In this document: piece by piece, positions 38,129-47,896 of the stretch
How the letters are laid out: each line of letters opens with the position of its first letter
Position numbering within the stretch: the stretch's first letter is position 1
From: Longimicrobiaceae bacterium
GTDB taxonomy: Bacteria > Gemmatimonadota > Gemmatimonadetes > Longimicrobiales > Longimicrobiaceae
Direction: 5' to 3'
DNA: 64,000 nucleotides
Assembly (NCBI GenBank): GCA_035690925.1
Contig: DASSKB010000141.1
Span: 663-64,662 of the forward strand
Position numbers and translations under genes: made by a program
Notes under the pieces: generated by a model
The model's input: the letters and a program-made list of their open reading frames with translations, nothing else
What the model was told of the DNA's origin: nothing
Database searches by the model: none

Positions 38129-39182
38129 AGACCCAGGTTCGCTGGATCTCGCCGACCTCGGCAATGCGCCGCTCGGCTATGCGATCCGCGGCTATGTAGG
38201 TGGGCATGCCCTCCTCACGGGCGAGTTCGAATATCTGCAGTAGCGCTCCGTAAATGTCTGCGGCCTTCCGCATCGAGCGCTCGGACGACCAGCCGTTGAG
38301 CTCACCGTAGACGTTTATCAGACCACCGCCGTTTATCACATAATCAGGAGCGAAGAGGATACCCCGCTCGTGGAGGATGTCGCCATGCCGCGGCTCGGCA
38401 AGAACGTTGTTGGCCGCGCCAGCGATGATATCCACCTTGAACTGGTCGAGTGTTTCGTCGTTTACGGTAGCGCCGAGTGCGCTGGGTGCGTAGATGTCGG
38501 CGTCGACACCGTATATTGCGTCCGGCGCAACCGCTTCGGCTCCGAAATCGTCAACGATGCGTTTCACGCGATCCTGGTCGATATCGGTGACGATGAGCTC
38601 AGCCCCGTCGTCAGTCAGGTACTTGCAGAGGTAAGAGCCGACGTGACCGAGACCCTGAACGGCCACCTTCTTCCCGGTCAGATCGTCCGAACCGTATCTG
38701 GCCTTCGCGGCGGCCTTTATCCCCTGAAACACACCGTAAGCCGTGACTGGGGAAGGATCGCCCGAGGTCCCCGCGCGGCCCATGACGTGCTCAGTTTCCA
38801 TGTGAACGTATTCCATGTCGTCCACCGACGTGCCGACATCCTCAGCGGTTATGTAGCGTCCTCGAAGACTCTCCACGAATCGGCCGTGCGCACGGAAGAT
38901 CCCTTCGCGTCTGGTCGTTTTCGGGTCGCCGATAATCACCGACTTCCCACCACCGAGGTTGAGCCCCGCAACCGCAGCCTTGTACGTCATTCCGCGCGAT
39001 AGGCGCAGCACGTCCACGATTGCCTCCTGGTCGGTTTTATAGTTCCAGAAGCGGGTGCCGCCCAGCGCCGGACCGAGCGTGCTGTCGTGGATCGCGATAA
39101 TTCCCTTGTATCCGCATGATGGCTCAGAGCAGAAGACTACCTGCTCGTGCCCGTGCTCGTTGATCAGGTCGAAGATTTCCAT
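38127..39182 (-). CDS. Leucine/valine/phenylalanine dehydrogenase (Glu/Leu/Phe/Val DH family)
   Basis: IIAIHDSTLGPALGGTRFWNY, catalytic-Lys motif AGLNLGGGKSVI, Rossmann VQGLGHVGS. Start taken at ATG 39182. Confidence 0.85.
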   Translation of the reverse strand: MEIFDLINEHGHEQVVFCSEPSCGYKGIIAIHDSTLGPALGGTRFWNYKTDQEAIVDVLRLSRGMTYKAAVAGLNLGGGKSVIIGDPKTTRREGIFRAHGRFVESLRGRYITAEDVGTSVDDMEYVHMETEHVMGRAGTSGDPSPVTAYGVFQGIKAAAKARYGSDDLTGKKVAVQGLGHVGSYLCKYLTDDGAELIVTDIDQDRVKRIVDDFGAEAVAPDAIYGVDADIYAPSALGATVNDETLDQFKVDIIAGAANNVLAEPRHGDILHERGILFAPDYVINGGGLINVYGELNGWSSERSMRKAADIYGALLQIFELAREEGMPTYIAADRIAERRIAEVGEIQRTWV

Positions 39183-39222
39183 TCTCAGTATGTAGTCTGG
39201 GGTTGATGTTGCGTCTGCGATC

Positions 39223-40359
39223 TCACGCGTAGAGCTCCCGTGCAATCACCAGCCTCTGTACCTGACTGGTTCCCTCGTAGATCTCTGTGACCTTGGCATC
39301 CCGGAAAAGCTTCTCCACCGGGTAATCCTTCATGTATCCGTATCCTCCGAAGACCTGCACCGCTTCAGTTGTCACGTACATCGCGGCCTCTGACGCGAAC
39401 AGCTTCGCCATGGCTGCCAGCCGGGTCACTTGCTCGCCCGCGTCCTTGGCCTCTGCCGCTCGTGTGAGCAGACTTCGCGCCGCCTCGACGCGTGTTGCCA
39501 TATCCGCCAACTTGAACTTCATTCCCTCGAAGCGCGCGATTGGCTGGCCGAACTGGGTTCGTTCCGCGGCATACGCCAATGAATGCTCCAGGGCGGCCTG
39601 GGCAATGCCTATGGCTAGCGCCGCGATCCCCATGCGTCCATTGTCCAGACCCTGCAATGCGTAGGTGAGGCCCATGGACGGATCACCCAGCAGCTGGTCG
39701 TCGGCTACAAAGAGATCCTGGAGCGCGACAGCCACCGTCTCGGATGCGCGCTGGCCCATCTTGTCCTCCTTCTTCCCAACCACGTAGCCGGTCGCATCGG
39801 TAGGGATTATGAACGCTCCGATCCCGCGAGCGCCGCGCCTGTCCTCGGGTGCGTCGGTACGGCACATCGCGATAACGACGTCACCGGAGCCGCCGTTGGT
39901 GATCCACGCCTTGGTGCCGTTGAGGATCCATCCGCCTTCCGCCCGCGTGGCCTGCGCCGCTAGTGAGGCCGCGTCGGATCCGGCCTCGGCCTCAGATAAC
40001 GCGAAGCCGCCCAGCATCTCGCCGCGGGCCATAGGCCTCAGCCAGCGCTCCTTTTGAGCGTCCGTGCCGTGCGCCAGGATCATCTGCGTGGGCAAGGAAT
40101 TGTGCACGCTCATCGCCACGGCTACCGAGGAATCGCCCCAGGCAATCTGCTCGAGGGCGGTAAGGTAGGTCGCCGTCTCCAGGCCCAAACCGTTCCATTC
40201 CTCGGGAATGAGCATTCCGAGAAAGCCGAGGCTCCCCAGCTGATCGATTACCGACCGCGGCAGCTTGGCATCTCGATCCCACTGTTCCGCATGCGGACGA
40301 AGCTCCGCCTCCGCGAACTCCCGCGCCAGCTCACGAATCTGTTCTTGCTCAGACGTCAT
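39223..40359 (-). CDS. Acyl-CoA dehydrogenase (short/branched-chain type)
   Basis: ACAD fold: GFALSEAEAGSDA, WITNG, QVFGGYGYMKDYPVEKLFRDAKVTEIYEGTSQVQ. Confidence 0.9.
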   Translation of the reverse strand: MTSEQEQIRELAREFAEAELRPHAEQWDRDAKLPRSVIDQLGSLGFLGMLIPEEWNGLGLETATYLTALEQIAWGDSSVAVAMSVHNSLPTQMILAHGTDAQKERWLRPMARGEMLGGFALSEAEAGSDAASLAAQATRAEGGWILNGTKAWITNGGSGDVVIAMCRTDAPEDRRGARGIGAFIIPTDATGYVVGKKEDKMGQRASETVAVALQDLFVADDQLLGDPSMGLTYALQGLDNGRMGIAALAIGIAQAALEHSLAYAAERTQFGQPIARFEGMKFKLADMATRVEAARSLLTRAAEAKDAGEQVTRLAAMAKLFASEAAMYVTTEAVQVFGGYGYMKDYPVEKLFRDAKVTEIYEGTSQVQRLVIARELYA

Positions 40360-40387
40360 CTACAAAATCTCGATTCAGAAGCCTTTA

Positions 40388-40419
40388 AGCTGATAGCTGA
40401 TAGCCGATAGCTGATAGCT
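40388..40419. repeat. Tandem heptanucleotide array, reverse orientation (AGCTGAT = complement of ATCAGCT) x4.6, one variant unit
   Basis: agctgat agctgat agccgat agctgat agct. It directly abuts the hbd stop codon (40420-40422) and ends 29 nt upstream of the acyl-CoA dehydrogenase start. Confidence 0.95.
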
Positions 40420-41271
40420 TCAGTACCCATAGAACCCCTCGCCGGATTTCCTCCCAAGCTTACCGGCCGCGACATATTTCCTGAGCAGCGGGCACGGGCG
40501 ATACTTATCATCACCAAGCCCCCGATGCAGAACTTCCATGATCGCGAGACAGGTATCGAGCCCTATGAGGTCCGCCAGCGCGAGAGGACCGAGTGGATGG
40601 TTCATGCCGAGCTTCATGACCGTATCGATGGAATCGCGATCAGCGACGCCCTCCATGAGGCAGAAGACCGCCTCATTGATCATGGGCATGAGGATGCGGT
40701 TCGATACGAAGCCAGGGTAGTCATTAGCTTCGGCGACGGTTTTCCCGAGCGCCTCAGCCGCTTCGACCACCAATCGCGTCGTTTCATCGGACGTGGTAAG
40801 CCCGCGGATGATCTCTACCAGCTTCATGACAGGGACAGGATTCATGAAGTGCATGCCGATCACCTGCTCCGGCCGCCCGGTGCGCGCCGCGATCTCCGTT
40901 ATGGAAATGGAAGAAGTGTTGGTCGCCAGGATCGCGTGATTGTCGGCGATATCGTCGAGCTCACGGAAGATCTGCAACTTGAGATCTCTATTCTCCGTAG
41001 CTGCCTCGATGATCAGACCAGCCTGGTCAGCGGCGCCAAGCTCTGTAGACGCCGCGATGCGGGCCAGCGAATCCTGCTTCTCCTGCTCCGATAGACCGCC
41101 CTTCTTTATCTGCCTGTCCATATTACCGGCAATTGACGAGAGTGCGCCGTCCAGCGCCTCCTGCCGCACGTCGATAAGCGTGACTTCGCTGCCATGTTGG
41201 GCGAAAACATGAGCGATTCCGTTGCCCATGGTTCCCGCACCAACAACTGCGACCTTACCAATCTCAGACAT
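40420..41271 (-). CDS. hbd: 3-hydroxybutyryl-CoA (3-hydroxyacyl-CoA) dehydrogenase
   Basis: [14 protein letters not shown] Rossmann motif, [22 protein letters not shown]-terminal dimerisation domain. Confidence 0.9.
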   Translation of the reverse strand: MSEIGKVAVVGAGTMGNGIAHVFAQHGSEVTLIDVRQEALDGALSSIAGNMDRQIKKGGLSEQEKQDSLARIAASTELGAADQAGLIIEAATENRDLKLQIFRELDDIADNHAILATNTSSISITEIAARTGRPEQVIGMHFMNPVPVMKLVEIIRGLTTSDETTRLVVEAAEALGKTVAEANDYPGFVSNRILMPMINEAVFCLMEGVADRDSIDTVMKLGMNHPLGPLALADLIGLDTCLAIMEVLHRGLGDDKYRPCPLLRKYVAAGKLGRKSGEGFYGY

Positions 41272-41302
41272 AAAGGCTATTCGGGGATGTTGAGTAATCG
41301 CA

Positions 41303-42196
41303 TCAGAACTTCTTCATCTCTGCTCTGTTGTCCACCAGCGGTTCGAGCGATCGCATGTGCTGCGACACCTGAAGCCACTCAGTGCGGTATATCCACACAC
41401 AGCCGCCGACGAGGACCAGGGTCGCCGCTAGGCCGGCCTCGAATCCGAAAGCTCCTCCCGTCCACCAGTCAGGGCCGCTCTCGACGGCGCTGTAGAGCGG
41501 TGTATCGTAGATCAGGCCGCTGACCGGGAAATCCAGCAGGGTGGACATGGTCCAGTTCCATCCCAGGTGGAGCGCTGTGGCGAACCAGAGCGATCGGGTA
41601 CGGAGGTATGCCAGTGCAAGTAAAACACCCGCCAGGAAAATGTTGGTCAGCGCAAGCAGATCTACGTTGGGATTGCCCGCATGCATGACAGCGAAAACCG
41701 CGGATGTGAGCACGATCGTCGGCCACGGCCCGACGCTCTCGACCAGTGCCTGGAAAACGTATCCTCGGAACAGAAGTTCTTCGCAGGCTGCGGCGAGTGC
41801 GAAGAAGGCAAAGGTCCCGATCAAGGTCGACAGGTATCCTGATAGGGTTCCTTCGTCGGGGATGAACGTTGCGCCGCCGACGATCAGAACCAGGACGGCC
41901 ACCGCGGCTATGAGAAGCGCTCCCGCCACGAGGCCCTGGAGAGTCTCGCCGAATGCGGACCGGCTGAGAGGAAATCCCAGAGCGCCGGGTGATCGACCAT
42001 CCATGCGCATCAGCACGATCCAGCCCGCGGCCAATGCGGCCGCGGAGGTAACCAGGAGCCCGCCCCAGCTCAGAGATTGGCGCGGCAGCAGACTCACTGC
42101 TATCTGACCAACAACAGAAAGCGCAAAGAACAGTATGAAGTAAGCACCGATCCTCCATACGACGCCCCGCCGGTCCGGACCGCCTCCCGCGGCCAT
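41303..42196 (-). CDS. CPBP-family intramembrane glutamic endopeptidase (CAAX protease-like)
   Basis: Polytopic protein with EELLFRGY and FAVMH motifs. Confidence 0.75.
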   Translation of the reverse strand: MAAGGGPDRRGVVWRIGAYFILFFALSVVGQIAVSLLPRQSLSWGGLLVTSAAALAAGWIVLMRMDGRSPGALGFPLSRSAFGETLQGLVAGALLIAAVAVLVLIVGGATFIPDEGTLSGYLSTLIGTFAFFALAAACEELLFRGYVFQALVESVGPWPTIVLTSAVFAVMHAGNPNVDLLALTNIFLAGVLLALAYLRTRSLWFATALHLGWNWTMSTLLDFPVSGLIYDTPLYSAVESGPDWWTGGAFGFEAGLAATLVLVGGCVWIYRTEWLQVSQHMRSLEPLVDNRAEMKKF

Positions 42197-42216
42197 CTTT
42201 CAAACGGTCAGCAGCA

Positions 42217-42792
42217 TCATCCCTGAAAGAGGCCGAGTGCGCGCTTACGCACCCGCAACGTGATCACCGCCGCAAGGACTACTTTAACCAGGTCGGCCAG
42301 CACGAATGGGGTGAGGCCGAGCGCTATCGCTACATTGAAATCCGCAACTGTCGCCAGCCATGCGACGCCACCGGCATAGATCACCGCCAGGCCAGCTAGC
42401 AGCGCGCCGAGCGTCCTGAGTGCACTGGTACCCATGAGCTTCCCGGCAACGAACGCCGCCAGGGGTCCTGCCATGAGGTACCCGCCCGTAGGTCCGAGTA
42501 AGTAGAGCAGGCCGCCGCCGGCCGCGAATACGGGCAGGCCGATGGCCCCCGCGGCAAGGTAGGTCAGCTGGCTCGCAGCGCCCAGCCGGGCGCCCAGAAG
42601 CGCACCGGAAAGTAGTACTATAAGCGGCTGGAAGGTAAACGGAACTGGCGTACCAGGCAGCGGCACGGCGATCTTGGCGCTGATCGCGGTTGCGACCGCG
42701 AACACCGCCACACCAATGACCCGTCGCGCCGTGCGGGAAGGTGCGACTTCGAGGCGTGTCCAGCTTGCGAGCGAGTTAAGAAGCGTACTCAT
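42217..42792 (-). CDS. bioY: Biotin transporter S-component BioY
   Basis: About 190 aa with 6 TM helices. TPVPFTFQPLIVLLSGALLG and GGYLMAGPLAAFVAG are typical BioY motifs. Confidence 0.85.
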   Translation of the reverse strand: MSTLLNSLASWTRLEVAPSRTARRVIGVAVFAVATAISAKIAVPLPGTPVPFTFQPLIVLLSGALLGARLGAASQLTYLAAGAIGLPVFAAGGGLLYLLGPTGGYLMAGPLAAFVAGKLMGTSALRTLGALLAGLAVIYAGGVAWLATVADFNVAIALGLTPFVLADLVKVVLAAVITLRVRKRALGLFQG

Positions 42793-42816
42793 CTAGACTA
42801 TTCTCCCGTGTAAAGG

Positions 42817-44034
42817 TTAAACCCGCTCCACAGACAGTGCGACGGCATTTCCGCCACCCAGACAGAGCGTCGCCATTCCGGTGGCGAGATCACGATCATG
42901 GAGCGCGTGGAGGAGCGTCGTCAGCACGCGGGCGCCCGAAGCTCCTATCGGGTGGCCAAGTGCGACCGCGCCGCCATTGACGTTGACGCGGTCCCAGTCC
43001 CACCCGAGCTCCTTACCATCAGCCAGCGCCTGCACCGCGAATGCTTCGTTTGCTTCGATCAGATCGTAGTCGCCGATGGTCTTACCGGTCTTCGCCATGA
43101 GCTGCTGCACAGCAACGACGGGAGCGAAAAACAGGTCGCGCGGCGCCGTGGCGCCCGCGGAGTAGCCGGTAATTCTCGCCAGAATATTGAGCCCGTTGGC
43201 GCGCGCATACTCTTCCGATACGACCACGAGTGCGCTACCGCCATCGTTCAGGCCCGGAGCGTTGCCGGCGGTGACGACGTGCTCGGATATCCCTTCCGGT
43301 GCATCATTCGGGAAAGCGGGACGCAGCCTGCCCAGCGCCTCCACAGAAGTCTCGCGGCGCGGCGACTCATCGGTATCGATAGTCGTAACCGCACCCTTGC
43401 GACCCGGGATGTCTACGGGGACTATCTCCGCCTCGAACTTACCGGAATCGATGGCGGCAATCGCCTTCTGGTGGGATTGGTACGAAAACTCGTCGGCCTC
43501 CTGACGAGATATTCCCGCCTTATCGGCCGTATACTCGGCGTGACCACCCATATGGCAGTCACCGAATGAACACCACAGGCCATCGTGAACGAGCGCGTCG
43601 ACCAGCTTCTGATCACCGAACTTCACGCCCTCACGATGCCCGCGCAGGATGTACGGCGCGTTCGACATGGATTCCATCCCACCCGCGATCACGACGCGCG
43701 CGTCGCCGGCCTTAATGGCCTGAGCCGCGAGCATTACGGCCTTGAGTCCCGAACCGCATACCTTGTTGATGGTTACCGCCGGAACCGTTTCGGGCACCCC
43801 GCCCTTAATCGCCGCCTGGCGGGCAGGAGCCTGCCCGGTTCCTGCCTGAATTACGTTACCCATGATGACATCGTCGATGTCCTCGAGCTTAACACCCGAG
43901 CGCGCGAGCGCGCCACGTATGGCGGTTGCTCCCAGATCCGTGGCCTGCACGGGTGCGAGACCGCCGAGGAATCGACCGATCGGAGTACGAACCGCACTTA
44001 CGATGACTGCGGTGTTTCGGAGATCCGTTGCCAT
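42817..44034 (-). CDS. Acetyl-CoA C-acetyltransferase (thiolase II)
   Basis: Active-site Cys in [41 protein letters not shown]. Confidence 0.95.
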   Translation of the reverse strand: MATDLRNTAVIVSAVRTPIGRFLGGLAPVQATDLGATAIRGALARSGVKLEDIDDVIMGNVIQAGTGQAPARQAAIKGGVPETVPAVTINKVCGSGLKAVMLAAQAIKAGDARVVIAGGMESMSNAPYILRGHREGVKFGDQKLVDALVHDGLWCSFGDCHMGGHAEYTADKAGISRQEADEFSYQSHQKAIAAIDSGKFEAEIVPVDIPGRKGAVTTIDTDESPRRETSVEALGRLRPAFPNDAPEGISEHVVTAGNAPGLNDGGSALVVVSEEYARANGLNILARITGYSAGATAPRDLFFAPVVAVQQLMAKTGKTIGDYDLIEANEAFAVQALADGKELGWDWDRVNVNGGAVALGHPIGASGARVLTTLLHALHDRDLATGMATLCLGGGNAVALSVERV

Positions 44035-44062
44035 ATTATGCCTTTACGTCAGTAATTTATCA

Positions 44063-44986
44063 TTATGCGGGGCCGTAGCCCGGCAGATCAGAAGCGTTCT
44101 CGTGAAGCAGCACGCCCTTTTCACCCTCCGAAATATAACCCCATGGGGTATGGGCGTCGTGCACCGATATCATGAGCCACCGCTCGTCGATGGCGCGGCG
44201 GAGCAGCGAGCGCTTCGACTCGAGTGTCCGCAACGGTTCGACGTCGTACCCCATGATCCACGGTAAAGGGAGGTGGTGCATGGTCGGAATGACATCGCCC
44301 ATGAAGCATGCGACCTCATCCTCCGATTCGACTATCACCGACTGATGGTGGGGGCAATGGCCGGGGGTGAGACGAACTGAAACGCCGGGAGCAACCTCAG
44401 CCTCACCCTCCAGCAGATGCAGTTGGCCAGCGGCCTGGACCGGGTCGAAGTTGTAGTCGAAATAGCTGGCCCGCGTCCTCTCATTCGTGCCGTGTGCGTA
44501 CTCCCACTCGCCACGCTGGACGTAATACCGCGCGTTCGGAAAGGATAGCTGCACTTCCCCGCCCTCGTCACGATACGTGTTGCCGCCCGCATGATCGAAA
44601 TGCAGGTGGGTATTTACGACTGTGGTGATGTCCGACGGAGAGAATCCGGCGGCCCTGATGGATTCATGGAGGCGATCCGGACCGGGATCAGGTGCGGCGG
44701 CGGAGTTCTCTATCCCGTAGATGTTCATGAACTTCTCAGACTCTTTGTTGCCCAGCCCCGTCTCGATCAGCAGGAGCCCGTCCGGGTGCTCCACGAGCAG
44801 GCACCGCATAGCCAGTGGGATCCTGTTGCGCTCGTCGGCGGCGATGCGACGCTCCCACAGCGGTTTTGGCACCACACCGAACATCGCCCCACCGTCGAGC
44901 TTCTGAAGCCCCGCATCGAGAGCGTGGATGCGTAACGCGCCGAGCGCCCGCGACCTCACCAGAGACCTTTGATCTGTGGGATTCAT
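44063..44986 (-). CDS. MBL-fold metallo-hydrolase
   Basis: HxHxDH motif NTHLHFDHAGGN, later PGHCPHH. ATGA overlap with the upstream exonuclease gene. Confidence 0.8.
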   Translation of the reverse strand: MNPTDQRSLVRSRALGALRIHALDAGLQKLDGGAMFGVVPKPLWERRIAADERNRIPLAMRCLLVEHPDGLLLIETGLGNKESEKFMNIYGIENSAAAPDPGPDRLHESIRAAGFSPSDITTVVNTHLHFDHAGGNTYRDEGGEVQLSFPNARYYVQRGEWEYAHGTNERTRASYFDYNFDPVQAAGQLHLLEGEAEVAPGVSVRLTPGHCPHHQSVIVESEDEVACFMGDVIPTMHHLPLPWIMGYDVEPLRTLESKRSLLRRAIDERWLMISVHDAHTPWGYISEGEKGVLLHENASDLPGYGPA

Positions 44987-45849
44987 ACGGATTCCATGGA
45001 TCTGGGGCGTGCTTGTCGTTTACGGCGAGGAGCCCGCTTGCGGAGGAATCCTTCCACACCGCTCCAATCTTCGATGCTATGATCCGCCAGCATCTCTATC
45101 AGTCGGAGCAGGAGATATGCGGTCGCTACCGCATCGTCCTCCGCACGGTGCCGGGATGCGATTTCCAGACCGAAGTAATCCGCCAGCGCTCCCAGGGTAC
45201 GGGATGGCAGCTGAGGGAGGAGTTTTCGCGCGAGTCGAACCGTGCAGAGACTGCGGCCCGCGAGGCGTTGCCCGCTGCTTCGTTCCAGCTCCGCACAGAC
45301 GAAGCGCCAGTCGAACGCCGCGTTGTGCGCGACGAATACCTTACCCTGCATCGCCGACGCCAGTTGTGGGGCTATTTCGCGGAAAGTTGGAGCCCCCGCC
45401 ACCATTTCGTCGGTAATGCCGGTTATTCCGGTGATCATCCGAGGTATGGAGCGTTCCGGGTTGACCAGTGTGGAGAAGACGGAGCGAATCTCTCCGCCGG
45501 ATACCCGAACCGCGGCGACCTCGGTGATTCGGTGTCCGTGCTGGGGCGAGCCGCCGGTAGTCTCGACATCCACTACCACCCAATCCTCCTCGCGGAGAGC
45601 GCGGTTATCGTGGCTAGGTCGCCCGCGGATGGACCAGACGCCTGCAGCGTCCACCTCGAAGCGGGGGTCGTCACCGAGCAGAGCGAAAACGGCGCTGGCA
45701 GCGGCGCCGGGGCTTCCGCGAAGGTGCAGAACGCGCGCGGCTACTTCAGCGGTGGATAGCGGTGATTCCTGAAGCATGCACGCCGCGGTCTCGAGCAGTC
45801 CGCCCGTGCGCTCGAATGCAAGACCGGAGGAGTCTATGCCCTCCGTCAC
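44983..45849 (-). CDS. DEDDh 3'-5' exonuclease (DnaQ/epsilon-like) with N-terminal extension
   Basis: Exo I VVVDVETTG, Exo II VAHNAAFDWRF, Exo III HRAEDDA. GTG start in a GTGA overlap with the arcA stop. Confidence 0.8.
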   Translation of the reverse strand: MTEGIDSSGLAFERTGGLLETAACMLQESPLSTAEVAARVLHLRGSPGAAASAVFALLGDDPRFEVDAAGVWSIRGRPSHDNRALREEDWVVVDVETTGGSPQHGHRITEVAAVRVSGGEIRSVFSTLVNPERSIPRMITGITGITDEMVAGAPTFREIAPQLASAMQGKVFVAHNAAFDWRFVCAELERSSGQRLAGRSLCTVRLARKLLPQLPSRTLGALADYFGLEIASRHRAEDDAVATAYLLLRLIEMLADHSIEDWSGVEGFLRKRAPRRKRQARPRSMESV

Positions 45850-47111
45850 CAGACATCCTCGCGAAGCACCGGCAGGGTCATACAGCGTCCACCCCCGCCA
45901 CCTCGCACCAGCTCGCCACCCTCGAAGGCTATCACAGCGTTCTCATCGTCATCGATCTCCTCATCACCGGTGAGGAAGTCGATAGCGTTGACCATCCTGT
46001 AGCCAGCTACCTTCTCCATCTCCCGCACTGTAGCCTCATTCCTCGTGTAACCGAGCACCAGGCCGGGTCGGATAGCGACGAAGTTGCAACCACTCGCCCA
46101 CTGCTCGCGCTCCTGCACGGTAGGATGTGACCCGCCGCAGAATATCGGCTCCAGTGGAAGCCCGACTTCCTTGAGGGCCGCGAAGAGATCTGGTCGCTCC
46201 TGAATGCTGTTCTGGCCCTTTCTGTGGTGGAGCACGGGTAGTCGAGCCGGACCGAAGAAGTAGGGAGGATACGCGACGCAGTGGTCACGATCCACCATGG
46301 TGAGGATCATATCCAGGTGAATCGCCGGACTCTCGGACGGCAGAACGACTATAATGACATCTTCCACCCCGGCGCGCTCGCGTAAGCCTTGAACGAGCAG
46401 CTCGATGGCTGCTGGACTCGAGCGTTCTGAAAGGCCGATCATAGCCAGGTCCGGCCTGAGAATCAGCACGTCCCCGCCCTCGATCGTATAGTCGCTACGA
46501 TGCTCCTCCGAGCCATCGTATATCATTCCCGCGTTGCCGAGCAGCGGATGGTAAGTGAAGAGGGCCTTCATGAGCAGCTCCTCCGTCCACCGCACCGCGT
46601 ACTTCATCGCTCCGATTATCACCGCATTGTTGACCACCATCGCGGCGTCGCGCGTGAAGAAGAGGTTCGCTAGCGGCGGAAGCTCATAACCGACTTTGTT
46701 GAGCATAGTGGAGATGGGACCGCGCGGCGACTCCCGTCCCTCGATGAACATCCCTATGAGCTCCTCCGCCGGCATCTCCGCAAGCTTGCCCACCAGCGGC
46801 TCCGAGCTGGCCATCTGCATCACCCGCTCTACCAGAAAGCTGCGGACTTCCGGCTCATCCACGATCTCCGCAAGCAGATCGCGCACCTCGTATACTTCCG
46901 AGAATCGAGCCAGGATCGCTCTGAATCGATGATGCTCGCGACCCGCCTGCTCCAGGTCGATTATGTCGTCGTAGAGAAACTGCTCGCGGTTCGATGGGGT
47001 CACCGCCAGAAGCTCCGGACCCGGCGTGTGGCAGATTACCGCGCGCAGCGCCCCGATCTCGGACGTTACCCGAACTCTATCTGATCCCGATGGCATTGCG
47101 GTCCTGTTCAT
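45846..47111 (-). CDS. arcA: Arginine deiminase
   Basis: SEIGALRAVICHTPGPEL...FLYDDII, EGGDVL, C-terminal catalytic Cys in GGGGGRCMTLPV. Confidence 0.85.
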   Translation of the reverse strand: MNRTAMPSGSDRVRVTSEIGALRAVICHTPGPELLAVTPSNREQFLYDDIIDLEQAGREHHRFRAILARFSEVYEVRDLLAEIVDEPEVRSFLVERVMQMASSEPLVGKLAEMPAEELIGMFIEGRESPRGPISTMLNKVGYELPPLANLFFTRDAAMVVNNAVIIGAMKYAVRWTEELLMKALFTYHPLLGNAGMIYDGSEEHRSDYTIEGGDVLILRPDLAMIGLSERSSPAAIELLVQGLRERAGVEDVIIVVLPSESPAIHLDMILTMVDRDHCVAYPPYFFGPARLPVLHHRKGQNSIQERPDLFAALKEVGLPLEPIFCGGSHPTVQEREQWASGCNFVAIRPGLVLGYTRNEATVREMEKVAGYRMVNAIDFLTGDEEIDDDENAVIAFEGGELVRGGGGGRCMTLPVLREDVW

Positions 47112-47163
47112 GACCCGGAAAATAGCGGGGCCGACGACTGCTCGCTACCCTGGCACCCACTGC

Positions 47164-47811
47164 TCAGCGATTCGTCAGCGCGAATGACAGACCCTCCATC
47201 TCCACCGCCATGTCCACGTTACGCAGCGCTACGTCGTCCGGAGTCCGCAGCCGGATAGGCGCGAAATTGAGGATCGCGTGGACGCCCGAAGCAACTACCC
47301 GATCCGCCAGCGCCTGAGCCGCTCCGGCCGGCACCGCGATCATGACGATTTCTATCGACTCTCGCTCCAGGACCTTCTCCAGGTCGGCGTCCGCTATAAC
47401 GTGTACCTCGCCCCACCGCTTGCCGATCTTCTGCGGGTCCGAATCGAATACCGCCCTTATCTCAAATCCCCGGCGACGAAAATCCTCATAAGAACTCAGC
47501 GCCGAACCCAGCTTCCCCGCACCTATCAACCCTACTCGCCACGGCCGGTCCACACCCAGTATCTGATGCAGCTCCCGCAGTAGTTCAGGCACCGAATACC
47601 CCAATCCGCGCTTACCAAACGAACCGAACAACGAGAGATCCTTGCGGACCTGCGCCGAAGTCGTCCCGCCCCGCGTAGCCAGATCCGAGCTCGAGATCGT
47701 CTCCGCCCCCGTCCGGTCTGCCTCCTGGAGAAAACGCAGATATAAGGATAGCCGCCGAATCGTCGAGTCCGGGAACCGGGGTCCTTCTGCTTCAGGTGAG
47801 TGGTGCTTCAT
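47164..47811 (-). CDS. rex: Redox-sensing transcriptional repressor Rex
   Basis: Winged-helix N-terminus TIRRLSLYLRFL...ISSSDLA and Rossmann domain VGLIGAGKLGSAL. Confidence 0.9.
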   Translation of the reverse strand: MKHHSPEAEGPRFPDSTIRRLSLYLRFLQEADRTGAETISSSDLATRGGTTSAQVRKDLSLFGSFGKRGLGYSVPELLRELHQILGVDRPWRVGLIGAGKLGSALSSYEDFRRRGFEIRAVFDSDPQKIGKRWGEVHVIADADLEKVLERESIEIVMIAVPAGAAQALADRVVASGVHAILNFAPIRLRTPDDVALRNVDMAVEMEGLSFALTNR

Positions 47812-47840
47812 CTGGTCGAACGTGGTAATGGCAACGTTGG

Positions 47841-47870
47841 CTTACATTGTGAAAACATTCACAATGTAAG
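47841..47870. promoter_or_regulatory. Rex operator: perfect 13-4-13 palindrome containing TTGTGAA-N4-TTCACAA
   Basis: cttacattgtgaa aaca ttcacaatgtaag. The core at 47847-47864 equals the published Rex box TTGTGAANNNNTTCACAA. It lies 30-59 nt upstream of the rex start. Confidence 0.8.
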
Positions 47871-47896
47871 CCGATGCTGGCCTGCACGTCAACGCC

